A stretch of 56,926 nucleotides of DNA from Candidatus Limnocylindria bacterium (GCA_041499395.1 JBGQKH010000001.1:1-56926), one strand, 5' to 3'; shown: positions 39,631 through 48,977, counted from the first letter of the stretch. Numbers and translations: made by a program. Notes: generated from the letters alone by a model not told the origin.

Positions 39631-39660
39631 AGTATAGCAGCGGCCCCTGACGCCCGGCAA
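39631..39660 (-). promoter_or_regulatory. Putative rplS promoter: -35 TTGCCG, 18 nt, -10 TATACT with TGC extension
   Basis: -35 at 39660-39655 and -10 at 39636-39631 on the minus strand, in the 148-nt trmD-rplS spacer. Confidence 0.5.
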
Positions 39661-39666
39661 CGAGCC

Positions 39667-40425
39667 TCAGGCGGTCGGGGGCTCCTCGTCGGCGAGGCTG
39701 CGCAGATCGGCCCGATCCTGATCGGAGAGGTGCGCGGTCGTCAGCAGGTCGGGACGCCGCTGCAGGGTACGCCGCAGCGCCTCCACCCTCCGCCAGCGAG
39801 CCACCTCACCGTGATGCCCGGAGAGGAGGACGGGCGGCACCGACGCATCGCGGAATCGCTCGGGACGGGTGTACTGCGGCCCCTCGAGCAAGCCGTCGGC
39901 GAATGAGTCACCCTCGTGGGACGCCGCCACGATGACGCCGGGGACCAGCCGCCCGACCGTGTCGATCAGGACGAGGGCCGGCAGCTCGCCACCGGTGAGG
40001 ACATAGTCGCCGATGCTCACTTCGCGGTCGGCCAGCGCGCGCGCCCGCTCGTCGATCCCCTCATAACGGCCGCAGACGAGGACGAGTCGCCTCGCGGAGG
40101 CGAGCTCCCGGGCGAGACGGTCGCTGAGGCGCTCGCCCGCCGGGTCGAGAAGGATCACGGTGGTGCCGGGCGCTCGCAGCGGCTCGACCGCCGCGAAGAG
40201 TGGCTCGGGACGCATCACCATCCCCGCTCCCCCGCCGTACGGAGCGTCGTCGACGGCCCGATGCCGCCCAAGGCCGTGCTCGCGCAGGTCGTGGACCGAC
40301 ACCGCCAGGATCCCTTGCTCGATCGCGCGGCCGATGATCGACGTGCGGAGCGGCGCGTCGAACAGCTCGGGAAAGAGGGTCACGACGTCGACTTGCAGCA
40401 GCGGTCCGGGTCCCTCGGCCGTCAT
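39667..40425 (-). CDS. trmD: tRNA (guanine37-N1)-methyltransferase
   Basis: VDVVTLFPELF, YGGGAGMVM, CGRYEGIDER. Confidence 0.95.
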   Translation of the reverse strand: MTAEGPGPLLQVDVVTLFPELFDAPLRTSIIGRAIEQGILAVSVHDLREHGLGRHRAVDDAPYGGGAGMVMRPEPLFAAVEPLRAPGTTVILLDPAGERLSDRLARELASARRLVLVCGRYEGIDERARALADREVSIGDYVLTGGELPALVLIDTVGRLVPGVIVAASHEGDSFADGLLEGPQYTRPERFRDASVPPVLLSGHHGEVARWRRVEALRRTLQRRPDLLTTAHLSDQDRADLRSLADEEPPTA

Positions 40426-40428
40426 CGG

Positions 40429-40890
40429 TCAGACCTCTTCGGCCTCGTAGTGGACGACCATGCGCCCCACGCCAAGGTCGATCGACCGCACCACGGCACG
40501 CAAGGCCGGCACGAGCAGCTCGCCGCCCGGTCCCTCGATCCGGTACACCTCGTTCTCGCCGGCACGGAAGACCTCCACCACCTTCCCGAGCTCGGCACCA
40601 TCCTCGTCGGCGGCCGTGAGGCCGATCAGCTGGTGCCAGTAGTACGCATCGGGCGCCAGGGGAGTTGGCGTTGCCTCCAGGTACCGACCGGCGAGTCGCT
40701 CCGCCGCCGCTCGATCAGAGACGCCCTCGAGGCGGATCACCGGCACGCGTCCGCCCCAGGCCGACTCCTGTACGCGACGAGGCTCGGCCTCGTCCTCGAC
40801 CCAGACGGACTCACCCGCCGCGAGGCGCTCCGGATGATCCGTGAGCGATTCGATCCGCACGGCGCCGGCGAGTCCCTTGGGGCCGAGCAC
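40429..40890 (-). CDS. rimM: 16S rRNA processing protein RimM (start possibly further upstream)
   Basis: GPKGLAGAVRIESLTDHPERL, with a PRC barrel C-terminal. GTG 40890 is the first canonical start. Confidence 0.85.
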   Translation of the reverse strand: MLGPKGLAGAVRIESLTDHPERLAAGESVWVEDEAEPRRVQESAWGGRVPVIRLEGVSDRAAAERLAGRYLEATPTPLAPDAYYWHQLIGLTAADEDGAELGKVVEVFRAGENEVYRIEGPGGELLVPALRAVVRSIDLGVGRMVVHYEAEEV

Positions 40891-40909
40891 TCGCGCGACC
40901 GCCAGCCGC

Positions 40910-41146
40910 TCAGTCGTCGCCGACGATCTCCAGCTCGACGTGGCGGCCGTCGCGCGTGCCCATCACGCGCAGCAGGCTGCGGATCGCGTTGGCGATCCGT
41001 CCGTCGCGGCCGATGATGCGGCCCATGTCGCCCTCGCCGACCTTCAGGGTCAGGGTGACCTCGTCATCGGCCTCGCTCATCTCGACCACCACCGCCTCGG
41101 GGTCATCGACGAGGGAGCGCGCGACGTACTCCAGGAAGGCCTTCAC
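40910..41146 (-). CDS. KH-domain RNA-binding protein (YlqC/UPF0109 family)
   Basis: LEYVARSLVDDPEAV..GRIIGRDGRIANAIRSLL. GTGA overlap with the rpsP stop. Confidence 0.85.
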   Translation of the reverse strand: MKAFLEYVARSLVDDPEAVVVEMSEADDEVTLTLKVGEGDMGRIIGRDGRIANAIRSLLRVMGTRDGRHVELEIVGDD

Positions 41147-41472
41147 CCCGCCACCTTGGCCGCCGCGGCCGGCTTGCGGGTGCGGGTCGCCTTCGGCTTC
41201 GCGGCCGCCGGCTCTGCCACCTTGGCGGCCGCCGCCGCACCGTGGAGCTTGATCAGCTTTGCGACGGTCGCGGACGGAAGCGCGCCCTTGCCGACCCAGG
41301 CGTTGAGCCGCTCGGTGTCGATATGGACGGTGGCCGGCTCGGTGAGCGGGTCGTAGAAGCCCAGGATCTCCAGGGCCCGTCCGTCCCGCGGGCGACGACT
41401 GTCGATCGCCACCAGCCGGTAGCTCGGGTGCTTGGTGGCTCCCACGCGTGAGAGCCGGATTCGTACTGCCAA
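41143..41472 (-). CDS. rpsP: 30S ribosomal protein S16 (Ala/Lys-rich C-terminal extension)
   Basis: AVRIRLSRVGATKHPSYRLVAIDSRRPRDGRALEILGFYDP. TTG start at 41472. Confidence 0.93.
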   Translation of the reverse strand: MAVRIRLSRVGATKHPSYRLVAIDSRRPRDGRALEILGFYDPLTEPATVHIDTERLNAWVGKGALPSATVAKLIKLHGAAAAAKVAEPAAAKPKATRTRKPAAAAKVAG

Positions 41473-41557
41473 GGGTCTTCTCTACCTCTCTGCTGTCTGA
41501 CGGCAGCTGCCTGCCGATGCGATCTCGCTCAGGGCATGATCCTGCGCCGGAAGAGCG

Positions 41558-43114
41558 TCATCGGACGGTCAGGACGGCGTGGATCTCCAGGTGATCGCCT
41601 ACCGTCGATGCGCTCATCGCCAGCTCGCCGATCTGGTGGAGGATATCGCGAACGTCGCTTCCCGGGTCGAAGATGCCGCTCGCGGAATCCACCAGGCCCG
41701 GGATATCGGCCCATAGCTCGTTGCCCGCGTGCGCCCCCGCGATTCCGAAGGATGGTCCGTATCGGGGATCCCGCGCCAGCGTGGCGCCACTCTGATGCGC
41801 CTGGAGAACTGCCACCACGTCGGCCGGGTCGAGGCCGACCACGAACACACCATCGAGCCCTGCGTACGCGAGCCGCCCGACCTGCGGAACTGACACGCTG
41901 GTCACCGTGACGCCGGCCGCCTGCGACTCGATGATCGCCAACCCGCGCGTGACGAGGGCGTCTCGCATCCTGTCGACGGCGGCCTGCGCCACGGCAGCAT
42001 CGCCGGGACGGAGGAGCAGCACTCCGTGCGGCGCGGTTCGCGTGAGCTCCGTCACCGCGATCGCCGCCTCGCCATCGAAGAGTGGCAGCAGGTCGTGATC
42101 GACGTCGATGCCTGCAGCGAGGCCGGCGATCAGGCGCAGCTGGCTCACCAGGTCGAGGGCCGGCGACAGGAATGAGCCGCCGCCGATCCCCGCCTCGAGG
42201 TCGCGGAGGCTCTGCTCCGCGCCGAAGACGCCCACCTCGACGGTCGTCCCGGTCGACATCCAGGCTGCCAGGCTCCCCGTCCGGGCGCCGAGCGCGAAGG
42301 CTGCCCGTGCCGCCTCGCTGGCATCGCCGGCCGTGAACGGCACGCTTCCGTCCAGGTGCACCCCATCGGCCTGTGCTGTCACGGCGAGGGCAGCGACGTC
42401 GAACCCGCCGAGGTGCCGGCCGCCAGCCTGGCCTGTGACCCGGCCGACGTCCAGGAAGAGGGAACCGAGACGATCCGCCGGAAGGCCGCGCATGGCCGTC
42501 TCGAAGGCCGGAAGGTCCGCCAGCGACGGGATCGTGCCGGCCTCCGCATCGAGCGCCTGGCGCAGTCGATCCGAGCTGTTGGCCACGATGAAGAGGTCGC
42601 CGAGGAGGGCGTAGCTGATCGATGCACTCGTCATCATCTGCGTTCCCCGGTACGTCTCCCGAGCGTAGGTCAGCCCCTTGCGCGCCATGAGGCGCGGCAC
42701 CGAATCGCGCGCGGTCGCCGCATCCTTGACCGATGCGAGCAGGAGCAGCCGTGGCGGCCCCCCAGCTGCATCCGGGGTTGCCACGGCCAATGCGACCTGG
42801 CCACCGAGCCATGGGCGCAGGTCTGCCCCGTAGTTGATCCCAAGGCCCCCGAGGAGGCGCTGGGCGACCTCCTGGATCTTCTCCTCGCGCGTCGCGTTGT
42901 CGCTGAATCCGCGCAGGTGCCCGACCAGGCCGAGCAGCGTGAGCTTCTGGGCGCTCGATGGTTGAAGGTAGACCTGCAGATAGAGCGCTGAGTCCGACGG
43001 TACCGCGCCGGCCTCTCGGTCGCCGACCGCCGTGACGAGGAGCAGATACGCGCCGACCACCGCGACGCCGACCATCGCCAGCAGCGCCGTGAGCGCGATG
43101 ACGAGGCGGCGCAC
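41558..43114 (-). CDS. Large N-terminally anchored hypothetical protein (DUF3352-like by recollection)
   Basis: RRLVIALTALLAMVGVAVVGAYLLLV anchor followed by a ~490-aa extracytoplasmic region. GTG 43114 lies 4 nt after the ffh stop; GTG 43153 is the alternative. Family assignment is from memory only. Confidence 0.65.
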   Translation of the reverse strand: MRRLVIALTALLAMVGVAVVGAYLLLVTAVGDREAGAVPSDSALYLQVYLQPSSAQKLTLLGLVGHLRGFSDNATREEKIQEVAQRLLGGLGINYGADLRPWLGGQVALAVATPDAAGGPPRLLLLASVKDAATARDSVPRLMARKGLTYARETYRGTQMMTSASISYALLGDLFIVANSSDRLRQALDAEAGTIPSLADLPAFETAMRGLPADRLGSLFLDVGRVTGQAGGRHLGGFDVAALAVTAQADGVHLDGSVPFTAGDASEAARAAFALGARTGSLAAWMSTGTTVEVGVFGAEQSLRDLEAGIGGGSFLSPALDLVSQLRLIAGLAAGIDVDHDLLPLFDGEAAIAVTELTRTAPHGVLLLRPGDAAVAQAAVDRMRDALVTRGLAIIESQAAGVTVTSVSVPQVGRLAYAGLDGVFVVGLDPADVVAVLQAHQSGATLARDPRYGPSFGIAGAHAGNELWADIPGLVDSASGIFDPGSDVRDILHQIGELAMSASTVGDHLEIHAVLTVR

Positions 43115-43118
43115 CCGA

Positions 43119-44456
43119 TCAGCCGCCCAGGATGCCGCGCAGCCCGCCGCCACCCCTCGGCAGGCGGCCGCTGCCGAGCTGGCGCATCAGGCGCTGCATC
43201 TCCCCGAATTGCTTGAGGACGCGATTGACATCCGCTGGTGTCGTGCCGCTCCCAGCCGCGATCCGCCGGCGCCGGCTGGCCTTGATCAGCTCGGGGTGAT
43301 GCCGTTCGCCTGGGGTCATCGAGTCGAGCACCGCCTCGATTCTCCGCAGCTGACCGTCATCGACCGCCTGCTGCGCGGCGCCGGCAAGCTGGCCCGCCCC
43401 GGGAATCATCCCGAGCAGCTGCCCGATGGGGCCCATCTTCTGGACCTGGGCCAGCTGGCTCCGAAAGTCGTCGAGCGTGAAGCGGGACTCCATCATCCGC
43501 TGCGCGACGCGCTCGGCCTCGGCCTGGTCGACCGTCTCCTGCGCCCGCTCGACGAACGAGAGGATGTCCCCCATCCCCAGGATCCGCTGCGCCAGGCGGT
43601 CCGGGTGGAACGGCTCGAGGCCATCGGTCCGCTCGCCGGTGCCGATGAAGCTGATCGGCAGGCCCGTCACGCTCCGAATGCTGAGCGCGGCACCGCCGCG
43701 CGCGTCGCCGTCCATCTTGGTGAGCACCAGGCCGGTCAGTGGCAGACGCTCGTGGAATGCCTCGGCCACGCGTACGGCGTCCTGTCCGGTCATCGCGTCG
43801 ACCACGAGCAGCGTCTCGACCGGCGTTAGCGCTCCGGCAATCCGGACCAGCTCGTCCATCATCGGCTCGTCTACATGGAGCCGTCCGGCGGTGTCGACCA
43901 GGATCACGTCGAGCCCGCGCTGGCGCGCCAGCTCGACCCCCGATCGAGCCACCTCCAGCGCCGGTGTGCCGGCCGGACGGGTGTGAACCTCAACGCCGAT
44001 CTGGTCGCCCAGCGTCACGAGCTGATCCACGGCTGCCGGACGATAGACATCGGCCGCCACGAGGAGCGGCTTGTGGCCGTCCTTCCGCAGGCGCACCGCC
44101 AGCTTCGCAGCGGTCGTCGTCTTTCCCGATCCCTGCAGGCCGACGAGCATGACGAGGCTCGGTCGGACCGCCAGCGCGAGCTGGTGCCGCTCGCCGCCGA
44201 GCACGGCCACCAGTTCGTCGTGCACCACCTTCACCACCTGCTGTCCGGGGTGCACCCCGCTCAGTACGTCGGCTCCGAGGGCCCGTTCGCGAACCCGCGC
44301 CACGAACTCCTTGACGACGCGGAAGTTGACGTCCGCCTCGAGCAGCGCGAGACGGATCTCTCGCAGAGCGAGGTCGAGATCGGCCTCGGTGATCTTGGCC
44401 TTGCCGCGCAGCCGCTCGATGACGCCGCGCAGCCTGTCGGAGAGCGATTCGAACAT
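43119..44456 (-). CDS. ffh: Signal recognition particle protein Ffh
   Basis: GLQGSGKTTT, DTAGRL, and an M domain (GMGDILS, Met-rich). Confidence 0.95.
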   Translation of the reverse strand: MFESLSDRLRGVIERLRGKAKITEADLDLALREIRLALLEADVNFRVVKEFVARVRERALGADVLSGVHPGQQVVKVVHDELVAVLGGERHQLALAVRPSLVMLVGLQGSGKTTTAAKLAVRLRKDGHKPLLVAADVYRPAAVDQLVTLGDQIGVEVHTRPAGTPALEVARSGVELARQRGLDVILVDTAGRLHVDEPMMDELVRIAGALTPVETLLVVDAMTGQDAVRVAEAFHERLPLTGLVLTKMDGDARGGAALSIRSVTGLPISFIGTGERTDGLEPFHPDRLAQRILGMGDILSFVERAQETVDQAEAERVAQRMMESRFTLDDFRSQLAQVQKMGPIGQLLGMIPGAGQLAGAAQQAVDDGQLRRIEAVLDSMTPGERHHPELIKASRRRRIAAGSGTTPADVNRVLKQFGEMQRLMRQLGSGRLPRGGGGLRGILGG

Positions 44457-44519
44457 GCGGATGTCCCGATCCGATGTGTACGCGTCGCGCTGGGCCGGCG
44501 GCCCGCGCGATGGCCGCCC

Positions 44520-44549
44520 ATTCTAGGCGGGCCGCCGCGAGAGCGGCAA
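44520..44549 (-). promoter_or_regulatory. Putative ffh promoter: -35 TTGCCG, 18 nt, -10 TAGAAT
   Basis: -35 at 44549-44544 and -10 at 44525-44520 on the minus strand, in the 109-nt ftsY-ffh spacer. Confidence 0.45.
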
Positions 44550-44565
44550 TCGACCCGGGTGCGGC

Positions 44566-45483
44566 TCAAGCCGCCAGGAGCCAGTCCACGTAGCCCTGCG
44601 GGTCGAATGGCGCGAGCGCGTCGATCTGCTCGCCGACGCCCGCGAACACGATCGGCAGCGCGAGCCGATCCGCGATGGCGACCGCCACACCGCCCTTGGC
44701 GGTCCCGTCCAGCTTGGTCAGCACGATCCCGGTCACGCCGGCCTCGCGCCCGAACGCCTCGGCCTGCGAGAGCCCGTTCTGCCCCGTCGTGGCGTCGAGG
44801 ACGAGCAGGACGTGGCGTGGCTGCCCGGCGGCCTGCCGCGCGATCACGCGACGGACCTTCGCGAGCTCGGCCATGAGCTGCGTCCTGGCCTGGAGTCGAC
44901 CCGCGGTGTCCACGATCACGACCTCGATCCCGCGCGACAGGGCGGCGGCAAGGGCGTCGAAGGCAACCGCCCCGGGATCCGCTCCGGCCCGCTGCGCGAT
45001 GACCGGGACCCCGATCTGCTCGCCCCACAGCTTCAGCTGCTCGACCGCGGCCGCCCGGAACGTATCGGCTGCGGCAAGGACGACGCTGTGCCCGTCGCGC
45101 TGGAGGCGTGACGCCAGCTTGGCGATGGTGGTCGTCTTGCCGGACCCGTTCACGCCAACCACGAGGATCACCGCCGGGACGGGACCGAGCTCGAAGCGAC
45201 CGCAGCCGACGCGCTCCAGCATTGCCCGAATCTCCTCTGCGAGGGCCTCCCGGATGGCGTCGCCGGAGGCTCCGGTGCCCACCCGCTGCTGGGTTGCGGC
45301 GACGAGCGCCAGGGTCGTCTCGGCGCCGACGTCGGCGGCGATGAGCGCCTCCTCCAGGTCATCCCAGGTCGCCTGCGCGTCGGTCGACGATCGGCCGAGA
45401 AGCGAACGCAGCCGGCTCCCGAGGCCGCCGGGTCGGGGGCGCAGCCCCAGGCCGGTCGGCTCCCGCCGGGGGCGCGGCATCAT
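44566..45483 (-). CDS. ftsY: SRP receptor FtsY (short N-terminus)
   Basis: GVNGSGKTTTIAKL, DTAGRLQ, TKLDGTAKGG. Confidence 0.93.
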   Translation of the reverse strand: MMPRPRREPTGLGLRPRPGGLGSRLRSLLGRSSTDAQATWDDLEEALIAADVGAETTLALVAATQQRVGTGASGDAIREALAEEIRAMLERVGCGRFELGPVPAVILVVGVNGSGKTTTIAKLASRLQRDGHSVVLAAADTFRAAAVEQLKLWGEQIGVPVIAQRAGADPGAVAFDALAAALSRGIEVVIVDTAGRLQARTQLMAELAKVRRVIARQAAGQPRHVLLVLDATTGQNGLSQAEAFGREAGVTGIVLTKLDGTAKGGVAVAIADRLALPIVFAGVGEQIDALAPFDPQGYVDWLLAA

Positions 45484-48400
45484 CCCGCGGCGACCTCCGC
45501 CGGCAGGTCGGCAAGGCGCAGCGAGAGGAGGCGCGAGACCGCGGCATCGGTCATCGTCACGCCGTAGATCGTGTCGGCCGTCTCGATCGTGGCGCGGTTG
45601 TGGGTGATCACCACGAAGTCGATCTGCCTGGCAAGGAGCCGCAGGGCATCGGCGAAGCGGCCGATGTTGGCCTCATCCAGGGCGGCGTCGACCTCGTCCA
45701 GGATGCAGAACGGGACCGGGTTCACGCTCAGCATCGCAAACAGGAGCGCCACCCCGGCCAGGGCCCGCTCCCCGCCGGAGAGCATGGCGAGCTGCTGCAG
45801 GCGCTTCCCGGGCGGCCTCACTGCGATCTCGATCCCTCCGGGACCGTCGTCATCCCTCGCCTCGCTCATCTGGAGCGAGGCCGAGCCGCCCGCGAAGAGG
45901 AGTCGGCAGAACTCGTCGAACTTGGCGCCGATCGCGACGAAGGCCGCGTTGAACTGCGCCGCGATCTCCTCCTCGAGTCGGGCGATCAGCTGCTCGGTCG
46001 AGCCGATCGCTGCGGTCAGGTCAGTCTCCTGCCCGGTCATCGCCTCCAGGCGAGTCGCCAGCTCCCGGTGCTCCTCGACCGCGAACGGGTTGACCGAGCC
46101 GATCTGCGCCAGCGTGCGGCGGACGCGTGCCAGCTCGATGTTGACCGCATCAGGGGCCATCGCGCTGAGGTCGTCGGGCAGGGTCTCGTCGCCGGCGCCA
46201 TGTCCGTCGTCCGGGGCAGCCGGCGGGAGCGATTCGATCGCGAGGTCGCGCTCCCGACCGATGGCCACCAGCTCGTCGTCCAGCCGCTGCGCTTCGATGG
46301 CCGCCGACTGCACCTCGCGCTCCAGCCCCGCCAGCTGCGACGCAGCCCCGCCACGCGCTCGTTCGCCCTCGAGCAGCTCGGCGCGCAGTCGATCCCGCTC
46401 CGCATCGGCGGCGGCGCGCTCGCGGCCCGCCTGCGCATCGCCGTCCAGGGCGGCCGCCACCGACTGCGCTGCTGCCGTGCGCTCGGCGCCAAGCGCCGCC
46501 AGGTTGGCACGGTCCGCGCCGAGCGTCGCCGCGAGCTGCTCCCGTCGCGCGGCCTGAACGGCGCGCTCGTGGCGTCGATCGCCAAGCCGCGCGTCGGCCG
46601 CGTCCGCCGCGGATCGGGCCGCGTGCCAGGCGGCCCGGCGCGTATCCCGGTCCTCCGCAAGCGCGGCATGTCGCCGATGCACGTCGGCGGCGGCACCCGT
46701 CAGCTGGTCGATCTCGGCGGCGACCGGCGAAGCGGACCGGGAGGCGTCCCGCAGGCTATGGACCGCGCGAGCCTCCGCAAGCTCCGACTCGAGCGCAGCG
46801 GCGAGCTCCTGCGCCCGCGCCAGCGCCCCGTCTGCACGACCGCGCTCCTCGCGTGCGAGGCCCGCGCGCCGCTCCACCTCGGCATGCAGCCGGGTTGCCT
46901 CGTCTCGCTCTCGCCGCGCGTCGGTCGCCGCGACGAGCGTCTGGGCCGCGCCCTGCCCGGCGTGGCGCTGCTCCGTCTCGAGCCCCTCGATCGTCGCCTC
47001 CAGCTCGCGCCGACGCGCATGCTGCCGCGCGGCCTCGCCCGCAGCGGCCTCCCGGCGACCTTGGACCACCACGAGCCCGCGCGCGTCGGCGAGGTCACCG
47101 TCCGCGGTCACGGCGCACCAGCCCGGCGGCAGTGCACGCCACCCGCCGAGGAGCGACGCCAGGTCCGGTGCGAGGACGGTCCGCGCGAAGAGGAGCGGCA
47201 TGGCGGGAGCCCCGACCCATTCGGCGAGCGTCTGCGAGGCGCCCACTGCCTGAAGTGCTGCGGTCCGCGCCGATGCCCCGTCCTGGTCGGCACTCGCGGA
47301 CCCCGTCGTCAGGAGGCGCGCCATCCCCCGACCCTCGGCCGCATGCGCAGCCACGTCGCCGTCACGCCAGAGCAGTGCCTGTTGGAGGTCTCCGCCGACG
47401 ACAGCCTCGATCGCGGCCCAGGCCGCATCGGGGTCCGGGATCGCGTCCATCAGGGGGGACCATCCGGCGCCGACCAGGCTGGAGGCGAGCCGCCCGCCGC
47501 CCTCGGCCCGCTCGCGGAGCGCGTCAAGCTCAGCTCGCAGCGCGCCGACCCGCTCGGCGAGGGAGGTGGCGCGTGTGCGCTCCGTTTGGGCCGATCGCTC
47601 GGCCGCCTCGGCAACTGATCGAGCCGCGGTCAGGCGAACGAGTGCCGCATCCTCGGCCTCCGCGGCCGCGCTGAGCTCAGTGAGTGCTGCAGTGGCGGCC
47701 GCGGCCGCGTCAGTGGCCGCCGCGCTGGCCGCCACTCGCTCGCCTTCGAGGCGCTCGGCGCGCGCGACGGCCCGGGCCGCCGCCTCATCGTCGCGCGCCG
47801 CGTCGGCGATCCATGTCCCGGCGCGGGCGCGTGCGGCAGCGAGGGCCTCGTCGGCCGCATCGACCTCCCGGTCGACCTCCTCCAGCCGGGCAACCGCTTC
47901 ACGCCACGACTCCTCGGCCTCGTGCGCGATCTGCCACGTCACCTCCTCCTCGGCGTCGCTGCCCTCCGGCTCCACGCCGGCCCCGGTCCCGAGCGCCGCG
48001 AGCTCTGCCTCGACGTGGGCGATGGCGGCGGCCAGGTCGGCGTGGCGTTGCTCTGCGGCGGCGGCCCGCGCCTCCGCTCGAATCGACGCCTCGCGCGACG
48101 CCTCACGGCGCTCGGCTGCTTCCCGCGCGCGAGCCTCGGCCGCCCAATAGCGACTCTCGGCGGCGGCGGTGGCGTCGCGCCCGGCCGCCTCTTCCGCCCG
48201 CAGCCCCTCGAGGGCAGCCTCTGCCGCGGCGACGCGACGGCGAGCCTCGCCCAGGGCGGCGCGCCCGGCCACCTCGCGCCGGCGATGGGCCTCGGCGACG
48301 AGCGCACGGGCTCGGCGGCCAAGCGCGTCGTGCTCCTGCTGGTGCTGCGCCTGGAGGGCGAGGCGACGAACCTGTGGCTTCAGCTCACTGACCAGGTCAC

Positions 48401-48977
48401 CGACCCGGGTCAGGTTGTCGCGCGCGCGGGCCAGGCGGCCCAGCGATTCGTTCTTCCGCACCTGGAGGTTCTTGACGCCGGCAGCCTCCTCGAAGAGCTG
48501 CCTCCGCTCCTCCGGACGCAGGGAAAGGGCGGCGTCCACGGTCCCCTGCCCCACCACCACCAGCTCGTTGGCGCCGAGCCGACCGCCGGCCAGCAGGTCG
48601 ACGACATCCTTCAGCCGGGCTCGCGAGCCGTTGATCAGGTACTCGCTCTCGCCCGACCGATACGCGCGGCGCCCGATCGATACCTCGGCGAACTCGATCG
48701 GGAGCCAATGATCGCTGTTGTCGAGCGTCAGGACCGCCTCGGCCATCCCCTGCGGGCGACGCCCCTGGCTGCCGGCAAAGATCACGTCGTCGGCGCGCCG
48801 GGTGCGGAGCGATCGGTTCGACTGCTCGCCGAGGACCCAGCGCACCGCGTCGGCCATGTTGCTCTTGCCCGACCCATTCGGCCCGATCACTGCGGTCACG
48901 CCGCGCTCGAAGACGAAGCGGGTCGGATCGGCAAAGGTCTTGAACCCGTGCAGCCGCAGTTCCTTGAGACGGGTCAT
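45480..48977 (-). CDS. smc: Chromosome segregation protein SMC
   Basis: GPNGSGKSN, long Ala/Glu/Arg coiled coils with a central hinge, LSGGERALAGVALLFA, ILDEVDAALD. Confidence 0.95.
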   Translation of the reverse strand: MTRLKELRLHGFKTFADPTRFVFERGVTAVIGPNGSGKSNMADAVRWVLGEQSNRSLRTRRADDVIFAGSQGRRPQGMAEAVLTLDNSDHWLPIEFAEVSIGRRAYRSGESEYLINGSRARLKDVVDLLAGGRLGANELVVVGQGTVDAALSLRPEERRQLFEEAAGVKNLQVRKNESLGRLARARDNLTRVGDLVSELKPQVRRLALQAQHQQEHDALGRRARALVAEAHRRREVAGRAALGEARRRVAAAEAALEGLRAEEAAGRDATAAAESRYWAAEARAREAAERREASREASIRAEARAAAAEQRHADLAAAIAHVEAELAALGTGAGVEPEGSDAEEEVTWQIAHEAEESWREAVARLEEVDREVDAADEALAAARARAGTWIADAARDDEAAARAVARAERLEGERVAASAAATDAAAAATAALTELSAAAEAEDAALVRLTAARSVAEAAERSAQTERTRATSLAERVGALRAELDALRERAEGGGRLASSLVGAGWSPLMDAIPDPDAAWAAIEAVVGGDLQQALLWRDGDVAAHAAEGRGMARLLTTGSASADQDGASARTAALQAVGASQTLAEWVGAPAMPLLFARTVLAPDLASLLGGWRALPPGWCAVTADGDLADARGLVVVQGRREAAAGEAARQHARRRELEATIEGLETEQRHAGQGAAQTLVAATDARRERDEATRLHAEVERRAGLAREERGRADGALARAQELAAALESELAEARAVHSLRDASRSASPVAAEIDQLTGAAADVHRRHAALAEDRDTRRAAWHAARSAADAADARLGDRRHERAVQAARREQLAATLGADRANLAALGAERTAAAQSVAAALDGDAQAGRERAAADAERDRLRAELLEGERARGGAASQLAGLEREVQSAAIEAQRLDDELVAIGRERDLAIESLPPAAPDDGHGAGDETLPDDLSAMAPDAVNIELARVRRTLAQIGSVNPFAVEEHRELATRLEAMTGQETDLTAAIGSTEQLIARLEEEIAAQFNAAFVAIGAKFDEFCRLLFAGGSASLQMSEARDDDGPGGIEIAVRPPGKRLQQLAMLSGGERALAGVALLFAMLSVNPVPFCILDEVDAALDEANIGRFADALRLLARQIDFVVITHNRATIETADTIYGVTMTDAAVSRLLSLRLADLPAEVAAG

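Noticed and set aside
46000-48300. Apparent repetitive GC-rich DNA in smc as a tandem repeat or CRISPR-like array
   Set aside because: There is no fixed period and no exact repeat units. The pattern comes from the coiled-coil amino-acid composition.
45571-48391. Several 200-670-aa ORFs on both strands within smc (for example 45600-47618 +, 46853-47674 +, 47684-48391 +)
   Set aside because: All overlap the SMC coiled-coil region. Its Ala/Glu/Arg-rich coding creates open frames in every phase. None has independent motifs or start signals.
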